DNA of 64,000 nt from Escherichia coli (GTDB lineage Bacteria > Pseudomonadota > Gammaproteobacteria > Enterobacterales > Enterobacteriaceae): NCBI RefSeq assembly GCF_044324875.1, contig NZ_CP172185.1. One strand, written 5' to 3'. Both the position numbers and the translations under genes were made by a program. The notes under the pieces are model-generated. The model was not told the DNA's origin and did no database searches. It saw only the letters and a list, made by a program, of their open reading frames with translations. This document shows, in pieces, positions 37,161 to 46,619 of the stretch; position 1 is the first letter of the stretch; each line of letters begins with the position of its first letter.

Positions 37161-37902
37161 TGCGGAACGCAGCCCGCAGTCCCGGGCGCCCCGTCAGCAT
37201 GGTCTGCTGTACAATCTGGTGTGGGGCTGGCCGTGGGCACTGGTGGGGCTGATTTTATCCTCCCTGCTGCTGAGTCTGTTGATTGAGTATGCCGGTATGA
37301 CGTTTTTCTGGAGTGAGGAGGGGGCGGCGCACAGCCGCGCTGTCATGAACACGGAGCTGGGCTGGCTGTCAACGGAGTTCACCCGCAGTCTGCTGCTTTC
37401 CGCGCCGGCAGAAACGGTGCCTGCGTGGATTTCCGCCGCGTATCAGTGGCTGTTTGTGGACAGTGGCATGCAGACATGGCTGCATGCACAGCAGGCGGGG
37501 ACGGCGGCAGGCAGAAGCGTGTCTGAATTCAGCAGTGAGCTGAGTCAGTGGCTGGCTTATCATCTTCATGACTACCTGCTGGCGACGGTGTATGTGACGG
37601 TGGTGACGATGGTCAGGGTGGTTATTCTCGTCCTGTCCGTTCCGTTGTTTGTGATGGTGGTTCTGGTGGCCGTTGTGGAGGGGCTGGGGCGCCGTGATTT
37701 GCGGCGTTACGGCGCGGCTTATGAGTCCAGCTTTGTCTATCATCATGCAAAAAAATCAGTCAGACCGGCGATTTATGTCCCCTGCATTATTTACCTTTCC
37801 TGGCCCGGCGCGGTATATCCGAACCTGCTGATATGGCCGGCGGCCATGCTGCTGGGACTGGCGGTTACCGTGACTGTGGCATCGTTCAAAAAATATCTCT
37901 GA
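37141..37902 (+). CDS. PFL_4697-family-like ICE integral membrane protein
   Basis: ATG 37141 overlaps the end of traD. Multiple TM helices. Confidence 0.6.
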   Translation: MAEARRDAERSPQSRAPRQHGLLYNLVWGWPWALVGLILSSLLLSLLIEYAGMTFFWSEEGAAHSRAVMNTELGWLSTEFTRSLLLSAPAETVPAWISAAYQWLFVDSGMQTWLHAQQAGTAAGRSVSEFSSELSQWLAYHLHDYLLATVYVTVVTMVRVVILVLSVPLFVMVVLVAVVEGLGRRDLRRYGAAYESSFVYHHAKKSVRPAIYVPCIIYLSWPGAVYPNLLIWPAAMLLGLAVTVTVASFKKYL

Positions 37903-37909
37903 TTCATGC

Positions 37910-37955
37910 GCCGGACACCCCGGTGCAAAACGTGTTTTGTGGCGGGGTGTCGGCA
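37910..37955. terminator. Long imperfect inverted repeat between convergent genes
   Basis: CCGGACACCCCGGTGCAAAAC-gt-GTTTTGTGGCGGGGTGTCGG. Confidence 0.55.
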
Positions 37956-37985
37956 GACAAGCCACGTACTGACTGTCACAGCGCG

Positions 37986-38177
37986 TCAGCGTAAGAGCAC
38001 CGGCAGCAAGGGAATGACAACAATGGTGATGACGATGATGAGCAGGTTGATGCCCCTGATGACGTCATATAACCAGACAGGGCACTGTGGCTCTTCCCTG
38101 ACGATATATAACACAACAAAAAACCAGGTAAGACTGAACAGGGCCCGGTACGGAAGGGCGGTGAGGAGAAATTCCAT
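37986..38177 (-). CDS. Small 2-TM membrane protein on the opposite strand
   Basis: AGAGGA about 9 nt upstream of the ATG at 38177. 63 aa, hydrophobic. Confidence 0.4.
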   Translation of the reverse strand: MEFLLTALPYRALFSLTWFFVVLYIVREEPQCPVWLYDVIRGINLLIIVITIVVIPLLPVLLR

Positions 38178-38420
38178 GCTGATGTTTCCTCTTTACGGGG
38201 GGTCATTAGCGGGAAACTGTAGTGATGACCTGTTTCAGTAAACAGAAAAAATCATTAAAGATGGAATAAAATTGCGCCCCGGCGCGGGGATATGTTCCGG
38301 CATTCAGCCATGTCCGTTTTCCCTTAAAAATTTTCAGTTTTACAAATAGAGTTTATCGCTGACCGGCACACCTGCCTTCTTCATGCTGTACGCACCCACA
38401 GATTCTTAACGGAGGTGCGT

Positions 38421-38762
38421 ATGTTTTCTCTTCCCGCATTTCCCCGGCGTGCCGCTGCCCTGGCAGGTACTACCGGGATGATGCTTCTTGCCATTGTGGC
38501 TGTGCCGGCTCAGGCCGCCGAAAAGGATGAGCTGGCAACGGCCATGCGTCAGCTTGACCAGGTACGGGAGGCGCTTGACCGTGCGAGAACGGTTTCCCTT
38601 CAGGCCACGCCTCATGACGGGCGTTATTTCTTCGACTACCCGCGTGCACAGGCTGACATTCAGACCATACAGGCGGGTATTGACCGTTATCTCACGCCGT
38701 CCCGTGCCCAGCCCCGAAACGGCAGTGCCGTGACCGGTGAATACCGGCGGGAGCGTCCCTGA
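38421..38762 (+). CDS. RAQPRD-family ICE protein
   Basis: Signal peptide ...VPAQAAE. The signature appears as SRAQPRN near the C-terminus. Confidence 0.75.
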   Translation: MFSLPAFPRRAAALAGTTGMMLLAIVAVPAQAAEKDELATAMRQLDQVREALDRARTVSLQATPHDGRYFFDYPRAQADIQTIQAGIDRYLTPSRAQPRNGSAVTGEYRRERP

Positions 38763-39004
38763 TGGCGCTGACGTCGGCACAGACCACGGCCTTTATGGCG
38801 GCATCCGGTGGCCTGGCAGTGAATGAGCTGCATCTGACCGCTGTGGGAATACTGGTTGCCGTTCTCTTTCTCTGGGCCGCCTGGGGACTGTCGGATGCAT
38901 GGTCCGGGTGGCGTAACGGTGACGTCAGGGAATCTTCGTTTATCTGGTTTACCGTCCGTACCGCACTGCTGCTTGTCAGCAGTATCTGGATGTTTGCGGG
39001 CTGA
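38762..39004 (+). CDS. PFL_4701-family-like small membrane protein
   Basis: TGATG coupling. Two TM helices. Confidence 0.6.
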   Translation: MALTSAQTTAFMAASGGLAVNELHLTAVGILVAVLFLWAAWGLSDAWSGWRNGDVRESSFIWFTVRTALLLVSSIWMFAG

Positions 39005-39031
39005 TTTTCCGTTTTCTTTAAGGAGACATAC

Positions 39032-39397
39032 ATGTGTAAAAAGGTTTTTACTTTCCGTCACCTGCGTCTGGCGGGAATGGGACTGATTGCTTTTCTGCTG
39101 GGCAGTCTGACCCCGGCACTGGCCGATTTGCCCAAAATTGAGCCGCCATCATCCGGTGGGGGTGGTGGTTTTTTTAATCAACTCAAAGGCTATATCCAGG
39201 ATGGCATTGTGCTGTTTGGTCTGGTAGTTGCAGCGGCGGCCTTTGTGAAGGTGGCGGAGGCTGCCGTTACCACTTTTTCTGAGGTGCGTGACGGCAAGAC
39301 GGGCTGGGGACAGTTCGGGGCCATTATCGTGGTCGGGGTGGTGCTGCTGGTTGCGGTTATCTGGCTGCTCGGCAAATCCGCGAACATCATCCTGTAA
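39032..39397 (+). CDS. PFL_4702-family-like membrane protein (pilin-like)
   Basis: Signal peptide, Gly-rich stretch, two TM helices. Confidence 0.6.
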   Translation: MCKKVFTFRHLRLAGMGLIAFLLGSLTPALADLPKIEPPSSGGGGGFFNQLKGYIQDGIVLFGLVVAAAAFVKVAEAAVTTFSEVRDGKTGWGQFGAIIVVGVVLLVAVIWLLGKSANIIL

Positions 39398-39415
39398 TCC
39401 ACCAGAGGGCTGTTT

Positions 39416-39781
39416 ATGGAAACCATTCGTTTTCTGCCCGATCGTCTGAATGCCGAACCGACGGTGTTCCGGGGATTCACCACGCCAGAGCTGGGTCTGG
39501 CCGCACTGAGCGGTGTCTTTCTCGGTCTTCTCTGGACACTGCCACTGATACCGCTGTTCGGCTGGGTGATTATTCCCACCGGTGCCCTGCTCACTCCACT
39601 GCTTCTGGTCTGGACCGGCGGCGTGTGGATCACCCGGCTGAAACGGGGCAAACCGGATAACTGGCTCTGGCAGCGTATTGAAGAGAAAAAAGCGGCGCTG
39701 GGTGTGGGGCGCCCTGCATTTATCAGGGAAGCACAGGGCTGGTCCCTGCGTCGTTCCCGCGTCAGGGGAGGAAAAGGATGA
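39416..39781 (+). CDS. Conjugative-transfer-region membrane protein
   Basis: Two TM helices. Conserved position in GI-type T4SS. Confidence 0.55.
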   Translation: METIRFLPDRLNAEPTVFRGFTTPELGLAALSGVFLGLLWTLPLIPLFGWVIIPTGALLTPLLLVWTGGVWITRLKRGKPDNWLWQRIEEKKAALGVGRPAFIREAQGWSLRRSRVRGGKG

Positions 39782-40425
39782 GTCGTTTTCGTCATGCCCT
39801 GCAGGATCGTGACCAGCATATTTTGACGCTTCGTGTGTTCAGTGGTGTGCTGGCGGGGCTGCTTCTGATGGTCACCCTCGGCTGGATGTCTGCACCTGAC
39901 CGGCTGACCATCCATAATCCACCTGATTTACGTTCCGGCAGTACCCGTCCGTGGTGGGAGGTTCCGCCTTCCACTGTCTATTCCTTTGCGTATTACATTT
40001 TCCAGCAACTGAATGCCTGGCCGAAAAACGGTGAGGTGGATTATCCGGCAAAAATTCATGCCCTGTCGGCCTATCTGACACCGTCGTGCCGGGAAATCCT
40101 TGAAACGGATGCACGACGCCGTAAGGACGCGGGGGAACTGCTGGATCGTGTTCGTGTGGTGTATGAGATCCCTGAGCACGGTTACGGCGGACGTTACAAC
40201 CGTAATCCGGTCACGGTGGAAGGCCGGGACAACTGGCAGGTTCGTCTCGACTTAGTGGTGGATGAGTATTTTCATGCTGAGCCGGTCAAACGGGCGCTGG
40301 TCCGCTATCCGATGAAGGTGGTGCGTATGGAGGGCGATCCGGAACTTAATCCGTTTGCTCTGGCGCTGGACTGTTACAGCTCCACGCCGCAGCGTCTGGA
40401 AGCCGTGAAGGGAGGTGGTGAATGA
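39778..40425 (+). CDS. PFL_4704-family-like ICE protein
   Basis: Coupled start. N-terminal TM helix. Confidence 0.55.
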   Translation: MSRFRHALQDRDQHILTLRVFSGVLAGLLLMVTLGWMSAPDRLTIHNPPDLRSGSTRPWWEVPPSTVYSFAYYIFQQLNAWPKNGEVDYPAKIHALSAYLTPSCREILETDARRRKDAGELLDRVRVVYEIPEHGYGGRYNRNPVTVEGRDNWQVRLDLVVDEYFHAEPVKRALVRYPMKVVRMEGDPELNPFALALDCYSSTPQRLEAVKGGGE

Positions 40426-41342
40426 GAACCTGTGTACTGCGCAACCTGCTGCGTCCTGCCGCTGTGATGTTGTCGCTGTCAGTGATGTCCCTGACGGCGC
40501 AGGCAGATGAACTGATGAAGTGGGAGCGTATTCCGCTGGATGTCCCGCTGATGGTGGGGCAGGAGCGGGTCATTTTTGCCGATAAAAACGTGAGGGTGGG
40601 CTTTCCGCCTGCACTGAACGGCAGGCTGCGGGTGCAGAGCACCGGCGGTGCCGTCTACCTGAAAGCGGACAGCGCCTTTCCGAAAACGCGGGTTCAGCTG
40701 CAGGATGTGGAAAGCGGGGAGATGATCCTGCTGGATGTGACGGCCGCAGAAAAGGGGCCCACTGAGCCTGTCCGGATTGTGTATGACGGGGAGGTGAACA
40801 CGGTGAGCCGTGCCGGCGGCAGCGCTCCGGAGAGCGCGAAGGCGGGCAGCAGTGACGGACGTCCCGGGAAAGTCGGTGCGGATGACGGCACGCAGGCCCG
40901 CCGGACCGCCCCCCGTTATGACGAGCCCTTGCCGGTTCTGCTGACCCGGTATGCGGCACAGTCCCTGTATGCTCCGCTGCGCACCCTTGAACCGGTTGCG
41001 GGGATCAGACCGGTGGTGCCACCTCTTCCCCGGCAAATCACCACGCTTTACCCGTCTGAACCCCTGACGGTATCCCCGGTGGCGGCATGGTCCGCCGGCG
41101 GACGAACCGTGGTGGCCCTGAAACTCACCAGTACGGTGAGCCGGCGTATTGTGCTTGATCCGCGAGCCCTGCAGGGCCGTTTTGTGGCGGCCACCTTCCA
41201 GCACCGCTGGCTGGGTGCTGCCGGGACACCGGAAGACACCACAATGCTGTATGTGGTGACGGCAGGCCGCCCGGAGAAGGCCTTTGTGGCAGAGCCTGTG
41301 GCACCGCGCAGGACGGGCGGGGAGGTGAAACATGCAGATTAA
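40422..41342 (+). CDS. PFL_4705-family-like periplasmic ICE protein
   Basis: Signal peptide ...LTAQADE. Coupled start. Confidence 0.55.
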   Translation: MRTCVLRNLLRPAAVMLSLSVMSLTAQADELMKWERIPLDVPLMVGQERVIFADKNVRVGFPPALNGRLRVQSTGGAVYLKADSAFPKTRVQLQDVESGEMILLDVTAAEKGPTEPVRIVYDGEVNTVSRAGGSAPESAKAGSSDGRPGKVGADDGTQARRTAPRYDEPLPVLLTRYAAQSLYAPLRTLEPVAGIRPVVPPLPRQITTLYPSEPLTVSPVAAWSAGGRTVVALKLTSTVSRRIVLDPRALQGRFVAATFQHRWLGAAGTPEDTTMLYVVTAGRPEKAFVAEPVAPRRTGGEVKHAD

Positions 41343-42810
41343 GTCCAATACCCTGGTGAAATTTGTGGTACCTGCTGTGGTACTGGCGGGGCTGGTGATC
41401 ACGATGAAAAGCTGCAGCACACCGGAGAGCGGGAGTGAGAGTACAGCACAGAGCGGTGCGCTGGCCGGATTATCGTCAGAAGAGCTGCGTGCGCTGGGCG
41501 TGGAAGGGGACACGCCGGAGGATACCCTGCGGACCCTGGTTGCCCGCCTGAACCAGGTCAGGGATAACCAGAAAACGCTGGAGAGCCAGAATGCGCAGTT
41601 GCTGAAGGACAACGAACAACTGCGTCGCCGGGGGACGGATGTGTCCGGCCAGGTCAGTGAAGCCGTGGCGGGAATGCAGAAAACCTACGATCAGAAGCAG
41701 CGTGAACTGCAGGAGCAGCAGCGCTCCCTGATGTCGCAGATTGATGTGCTGCGGGGGCAACTGAGTGACCAGCTGACGGGAAGTCACACGAAGCTCAGCG
41801 ATATTCCTGACGGGCTGGGACTGGATTCAGGCAGTGGTTCCGGGTCGTTGATCTCGCAGGGGGCGGACGGGCTGATGTGGGTGAGTCCGGCCGATCAGTC
41901 ACAGGATGATCCGCTGAGCAGCGGCGGAAAGAGCGGTCCGCGTTTTCCGACCTCCTTCCTTGAAGATAACCCCCTGACCCGGCAGAAAGCAGCCTATGAG
42001 CAGCAGGTGAAGGGGTACAGCAATGAGCAGCAGGCGGCCACCACGCAGGCCGTGTACACCCTGCCGGAGAACTCAACCCTGACGGGCAGCCGTGCCATGA
42101 CGGCCCTGCTGGGCAGGGTGCCGGTAAACGGCACGGTGACCGATCCGTATCCGTTCAAGATCCTCGTGGGGCGCGATAACCTCACGGCAAACGGCATTGA
42201 ACTGCCGGATGTGGAGGGGGCTGTGGTGTCAGGGACGGCCAGCGGTGACTGGACGCTTTCCTGTGTGCGCGGACAGGTGAACAGCATCACCTTTGTGTTT
42301 GCTGACGGCACGGTACGCACGCTGCCACAGGCGGATGTGAACGGTACCACCAACAGCAATCAGCAGGCGAAAAACGGGAATAACGCAGGCGGGATTGGCT
42401 GGATTTCGGATGAGGATGGGATCCCGTGTATCAGCGGCACCCGTAAATCCAATGCGTCAACCTACCTGCCGACGATATTCGGGCTGGCCGCAGCCGGCGC
42501 GGCAGGGGATGCCCTGAGTGAGGGGCAGTACACCTCGCAGAACAATGTCAACGGTATAACCTCGACGCTGACCGGCAGTGCCGGTGAAGCGGCGCTGGGT
42601 AAGGCCCTTTCCGGCGGGATGAATGAGACCGCGGACTGGGTAAGACAGCGTTACGGGCAGACCTTTGATGCCATTTATGTGCCGCCGGGAAAAACGCTGG
42701 CCGTTCACATTACCCGTCAGCTGGCGATTGATTATGAAGAGCGTGGACGTCGTGTGCGTTATGACTTCACCCTGCCGGGAGAAGCGGGCGACCGGGGCGG
42801 CCTTGACTGA
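41332..42810 (+). CDS. ICE T4SS protein (TM helix, coiled coil, beta-rich C-terminus)
   Basis: N-terminal TM helix, coiled coil at about residues 60-140. Conserved position upstream of the lipoprotein and ATPase. Confidence 0.55.
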   Translation: MQIKSNTLVKFVVPAVVLAGLVITMKSCSTPESGSESTAQSGALAGLSSEELRALGVEGDTPEDTLRTLVARLNQVRDNQKTLESQNAQLLKDNEQLRRRGTDVSGQVSEAVAGMQKTYDQKQRELQEQQRSLMSQIDVLRGQLSDQLTGSHTKLSDIPDGLGLDSGSGSGSLISQGADGLMWVSPADQSQDDPLSSGGKSGPRFPTSFLEDNPLTRQKAAYEQQVKGYSNEQQAATTQAVYTLPENSTLTGSRAMTALLGRVPVNGTVTDPYPFKILVGRDNLTANGIELPDVEGAVVSGTASGDWTLSCVRGQVNSITFVFADGTVRTLPQADVNGTTNSNQQAKNGNNAGGIGWISDEDGIPCISGTRKSNASTYLPTIFGLAAAGAAGDALSEGQYTSQNNVNGITSTLTGSAGEAALGKALSGGMNETADWVRQRYGQTFDAIYVPPGKTLAVHITRQLAIDYEERGRRVRYDFTLPGEAGDRGGLD

Positions 42811-42827
42811 ACAGGGAGAATGAGTCC

Positions 42828-43232
42828 GTGAAACGATTACTGTTCGTGATGAGTGTGGCACTGGTGCTGTCGGGCTGTGCCACCTCTAAAGAAGAGCTGC
42901 TGCCTGCCGGAGAGCAGACGATGCTGGAGCTCTGGCAGGGTAAAACCGCAGGTGGCGGTCAGCGGCATGCGCTGGCCGCCCGGGAAACGTTGCGCCGTCC
43001 CCTTACGGTAACGGAGCAGCAGGGGATGAACGCGGAGGCGTACAGCTACAGCCGGACGCAGGAAAGCGAAATCAGCCAGCAGTTTCCGCGTCTGCCGAAT
43101 CCCGACATGGTGATGTATGTGTTTCCGCATCTGGCCGGCGGTACGTCGCCGGTTCCGGGCTACAGCACGGTATTTCCTTTTTACAGCAGGACGCAGTATG
43201 CGCTGCCAGGTGAGCGTACGGAGGCTCTGTAA
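42828..43232 (+). CDS. Conjugative-transfer-region lipoprotein
   Basis: Lipobox VLSGC. GTG start. Confidence 0.6.
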   Translation: MKRLLFVMSVALVLSGCATSKEELLPAGEQTMLELWQGKTAGGGQRHALAARETLRRPLTVTEQQGMNAEAYSYSRTQESEISQQFPRLPNPDMVMYVFPHLAGGTSPVPGYSTVFPFYSRTQYALPGERTEAL

Positions 43233-46081
43233 TGACATTCTCGCTTTTCAGACGCCGTGAGGAAAAAGGTACAGCAGAGACCAGGGAACGACCGGAAGCA
43301 GAAGCGGGGGCATCTTCATCGGCCTTTGTTCCGCCCTGTCCTCCGGGGGCACAGCCCCTGCGACGTCCGGGACAGATGACCCGTGATGCTGAGGCGGCGG
43401 TTTATCATGCCGGTCCGTCGGTTATTGATTTTCTGCCATGGGTGGAATATCTGGATGAGGAGCAGTGTCTGCTGCTTGACGACGGGGTGTCGGTGGGAGC
43501 GGTCTATTCGGTGACGCCGGCCGCAACGGAAGGGCGTACGGAAGAGCGCCTGGCGCAAATCAGGGACATGGTGGAGGATGCCCTGCAGGACAGTTTTGAT
43601 GAGTACGACACGCATCCCTGGGTGGTGCAGTTCTACTGTCAGGATGAAAATGATGTGGATGCGTACCTGGACTATCTGAAGGGGTATGTGAAACCCCACG
43701 CGCAGGGAACGGCATTCACGGAGGCCTGGCTGGGTGAAATGGCCCGCCATCTCAGGGGGATTGCCCGTCCTGAGGGACTGTTTACGGACACCCTGGTCAC
43801 CGGTCAGCCCTGGCGGGGACAGCAGCGACGAACCCGGATGGTGGTTTACCGTCGTATCGGGAAGAACAATAACGATCCGATGTCGCCGGTGGCGATGCTG
43901 AACCAGGTCTGCGACCGCGTGGTGTCCGCACTGGGTGGAGCCGGTATCCGCTGTACCCGGATGAACGGTCAGCAGGTGCACAGCTGGCTGCTGCGGTTAT
44001 TTAATCCGGCACCGGACTGGATTGCCCGTGAAGAGCTGTACCGGATGGCCTCACGGGTTGATCCGCGTGAGCGTGGTGATGATGTGATGCCGGTGATGAC
44101 GGATTTTGCCGAGAGCCTGTGGTTTAACCCGCCGTATTCCGATCCGGAGAACGGGGTGTGGTGGCTGGACGCCATGCCGCACTGTGCCGTGGTGGTGGAA
44201 AAGCTGCGTACGCCGCCGGAGCCGGGGACCATCACCGGAGAGATGCCCCGTGGGGAAAAAACGGTGAATGCGCTGATGGACACCTTTCCGGAGGGAACGG
44301 TGATGTGCATGACCATCGTGGTGCAGCCCCAGGACACCCTGGAGGACCGTTTCACCCGGCTGTCGAAAAATGCGGTGGGTGAGAACACGGAATCCATCCG
44401 GGCGCGTCAGGACGTGAAGGTGGTGAAGGAGCTGCTGGGGAACCGGCACAAGCTGTACCGGGCAGGGCTCACCTTTCTTCTGCGGGCAGAGGATATGGAC
44501 AGCCTGAAACGCCGGCGTGTGGAGCTGACCACGGTGCTTCTGGGGGCTGGTCTGCAGCCGGTGCGGCCTGAGTTTGACGTGGGGCCGCTGAACAGCTGGC
44601 TGCGGGCGCTGCCGATGTGTTTTGATCCGGATACGGACAAAAAGCAGTGGTACACGCGTCTGATGTGGGTACAGCACATGGCAGGATTGTTGCCGGTGAC
44701 CGGCCGGGATACGGGGACCGGACATCCGGGGTTCAGTTTTTTTAACCGGGGTGGTGATGTGCTGACTTTCGATCCGCTGAACAAGCTGGACCGTACCCAG
44801 AACGCGCATCTGCTGCTGTTCGGACCAACGGGGGCCGGTAAATCGGCCACGCTGTGTGCTTCACTGTCGCAGGTGATGGCAGTACACCGTCCCCGCCTGT
44901 TCATTGCCGAAGCGGGGAACTCGTTTGGTCTGCTGGCCGATTATTTTGAGAGTCTCGGGCTGTCGGTGAACAAAATCAGCGTCAGACCGGGAACCGGTGT
45001 GACCCTGCCGCCGTTTGCAGATGCGCATAAACTGGTTGAGGAAGGGCAGGATCTGCAGTGCGTGGATGAGCACTCACTGCCTGATATTGAGGATGAAGCC
45101 GGGGATGAAGGGGAGGATAAACGAGACATTCTGGGCGAGATGGAAATCTCAGCCAGGATGATGATCACCGGGGGGGACCCGAAAGAAGAGGCCGCGCTGA
45201 AGCGTGCGGACAGGGCGATGATCCGCGAGGCGCTGCTGATGGCCACACACCGGACATACCGTGAGGGGCGGCAGATGCTGCCGGAGGATTTGCAGTCCGC
45301 CCTGTGGGAGATCTCCCGTGACAGCAGCCGTAACGATGTGCGCAATGCAAAGGCGGCGGAGATGGCGGAGTCTCTGGGGATGTTCACCCAGAAGGGGAGT
45401 TTTGAGGCGGAGTTGTTCAACCGTGAGGGCGAACTGTGGCCGGAAGCGGATGTGACGCTGATTGACCTGGGGCATCTGGCCCGTGAGGGGTATGAGGCAC
45501 AGATGGCGCTGACCATGGTGTCGATGACCAACATGATCAATAACATTGCCGAACGTGATCAGTATCTGGGGCGTGACATCGTGTTTGCGGTGGATGAGGC
45601 GCATATCGTGACGGTCAATCCGCTGCTTTCGCCGTACATGACGAAGGTTGTGAAGATGTGGCGTAAGCTGGGAGCGTGGCTGTGGCTGGCGACACAGAAC
45701 CTGAAGGATTATCCGGATGTGTCGGAGAAGATGCTGAATATGGCGGAATGGTGGGTGTGTCTGACGATGCCACCGGAGGAAGTGAACAACATTGCACGCT
45801 TTAAATCACTGACGGAAGAGCAGAAAGCGGTGCTGATGTCGGCGAGTAAGCTGTCCGGCTGTTATACCGAAGGCGTGGTGCTGGCGAAACAGATTGAGGC
45901 GCTGTTTCGTGCGGTGCCGCCAAGTCTCTATCTGGCGCTGGGCATGACGGAGAAAGAAGAGAAGGCTGAGCGGCGCATGCTGATGAAGGAACATAACTGC
46001 AGCGAACTGGAGGCGGCGTTCCATGTGGCGCGTAAGCTGGACAGGCTGCGTGGTCTGTCGGCCATGGAGGCGGATGTATGA
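43232..46081 (+). CDS. Conjugative transfer ATPase (VirB4/TraC-like, PFL_4706 class)
   Basis: 949 aa. Walker A GPTGAGKSAT. Walker B IVFAVDEAH. Confidence 0.88.
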   Translation: MTFSLFRRREEKGTAETRERPEAEAGASSSAFVPPCPPGAQPLRRPGQMTRDAEAAVYHAGPSVIDFLPWVEYLDEEQCLLLDDGVSVGAVYSVTPAATEGRTEERLAQIRDMVEDALQDSFDEYDTHPWVVQFYCQDENDVDAYLDYLKGYVKPHAQGTAFTEAWLGEMARHLRGIARPEGLFTDTLVTGQPWRGQQRRTRMVVYRRIGKNNNDPMSPVAMLNQVCDRVVSALGGAGIRCTRMNGQQVHSWLLRLFNPAPDWIAREELYRMASRVDPRERGDDVMPVMTDFAESLWFNPPYSDPENGVWWLDAMPHCAVVVEKLRTPPEPGTITGEMPRGEKTVNALMDTFPEGTVMCMTIVVQPQDTLEDRFTRLSKNAVGENTESIRARQDVKVVKELLGNRHKLYRAGLTFLLRAEDMDSLKRRRVELTTVLLGAGLQPVRPEFDVGPLNSWLRALPMCFDPDTDKKQWYTRLMWVQHMAGLLPVTGRDTGTGHPGFSFFNRGGDVLTFDPLNKLDRTQNAHLLLFGPTGAGKSATLCASLSQVMAVHRPRLFIAEAGNSFGLLADYFESLGLSVNKISVRPGTGVTLPPFADAHKLVEEGQDLQCVDEHSLPDIEDEAGDEGEDKRDILGEMEISARMMITGGDPKEEAALKRADRAMIREALLMATHRTYREGRQMLPEDLQSALWEISRDSSRNDVRNAKAAEMAESLGMFTQKGSFEAELFNREGELWPEADVTLIDLGHLAREGYEAQMALTMVSMTNMINNIAERDQYLGRDIVFAVDEAHIVTVNPLLSPYMTKVVKMWRKLGAWLWLATQNLKDYPDVSEKMLNMAEWWVCLTMPPEEVNNIARFKSLTEEQKAVLMSASKLSGCYTEGVVLAKQIEALFRAVPPSLYLALGMTEKEEKAERRMLMKEHNCSELEAAFHVARKLDRLRGLSAMEADV

Positions 46082-46464
46082 TGTGTCTGAAATACCCGAA
46101 ACCGGAGGTGATGACAGAGGTCATGCCCGGGGGCAGCGTGTTTTTTCTGCCGCCGCAGGGAAAACCGGGTGTTGCGGATCTGGCGCAACCGCATCTGCAG
46201 CGCCTGCGGTCACAGCTTGAACGCAGGCTGGGTACGCTGCATCGTGTGGTGTGTCAGCCCCAGCGGGTGGGGCAGAGCAGCAGTGTGGCCGTGACAGCAG
46301 AAGGGGCGTGTGGCGAGGTGCATCTTCTGCTGACAGTAGGGGGGCATGAGAGCTGGCCCTCTGAAGAGGAATACCGGCATCCGCGCTGGTATATCCAGGT
46401 GGTGGATGCGGCCGATCTGTTCTACCTGCTGCTCTGGCTGTGTGATGGCGGGCAGGAAGCGTGA
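46078..46464 (+). CDS. Hypothetical ICE protein whose 3' end is duplicated at 48806-48871
   Basis: ATGA coupling to the ATPase gene. C-terminus ...VVDAADLFYLLLWLCDGGQEA. Confidence 0.55.
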   Translation: MMCLKYPKPEVMTEVMPGGSVFFLPPQGKPGVADLAQPHLQRLRSQLERRLGTLHRVVCQPQRVGQSSSVAVTAEGACGEVHLLLTVGGHESWPSEEEYRHPRWYIQVVDAADLFYLLLWLCDGGQEA

Positions 46465-46491
46465 AGTAAAAATACTTCCACTGGCAAACTG
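46399..46491 (+). repeat. Direct repeat A (3' end of the 46078-46464 gene plus 27 bp)
   Basis: Aligns with 48806-48895. The coding part is near-identical; identity falls after the stop codon. Confidence 0.85.
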
Positions 46492-46504
46492 CTCCAGTGG
46501 AAGT
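46474..46504 (+). terminator. 11-bp stem-loop after the 46078-46464 gene
   Basis: ACTTCCACTGG-caaactgct-CCAGTGGAAGT, followed by T-rich sequence. Confidence 0.5.
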
Positions 46505-46552
46505 GTATGTAATGTTTTGTTGTTTATTTTAATTTCTTGTAAAACACAAACA

Positions 46553-46571
46553 CTAATTATTCTCATTATTG
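46553..46571 (+). promoter_or_regulatory. Candidate Fur box upstream of the TonB-dependent receptor
   Basis: CTAATTATTCTCATTATTG resembles GATAATGATAATCATTATC, with the best match in the TCATTAT half. Lies 50-70 bp upstream of ATG 46620. Confidence 0.4.
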
Positions 46572-46619
46572 TTTAGATTTGTGTATCTTTCGCCCGATTA
46601 ATATAATCGGAGAGAAGAT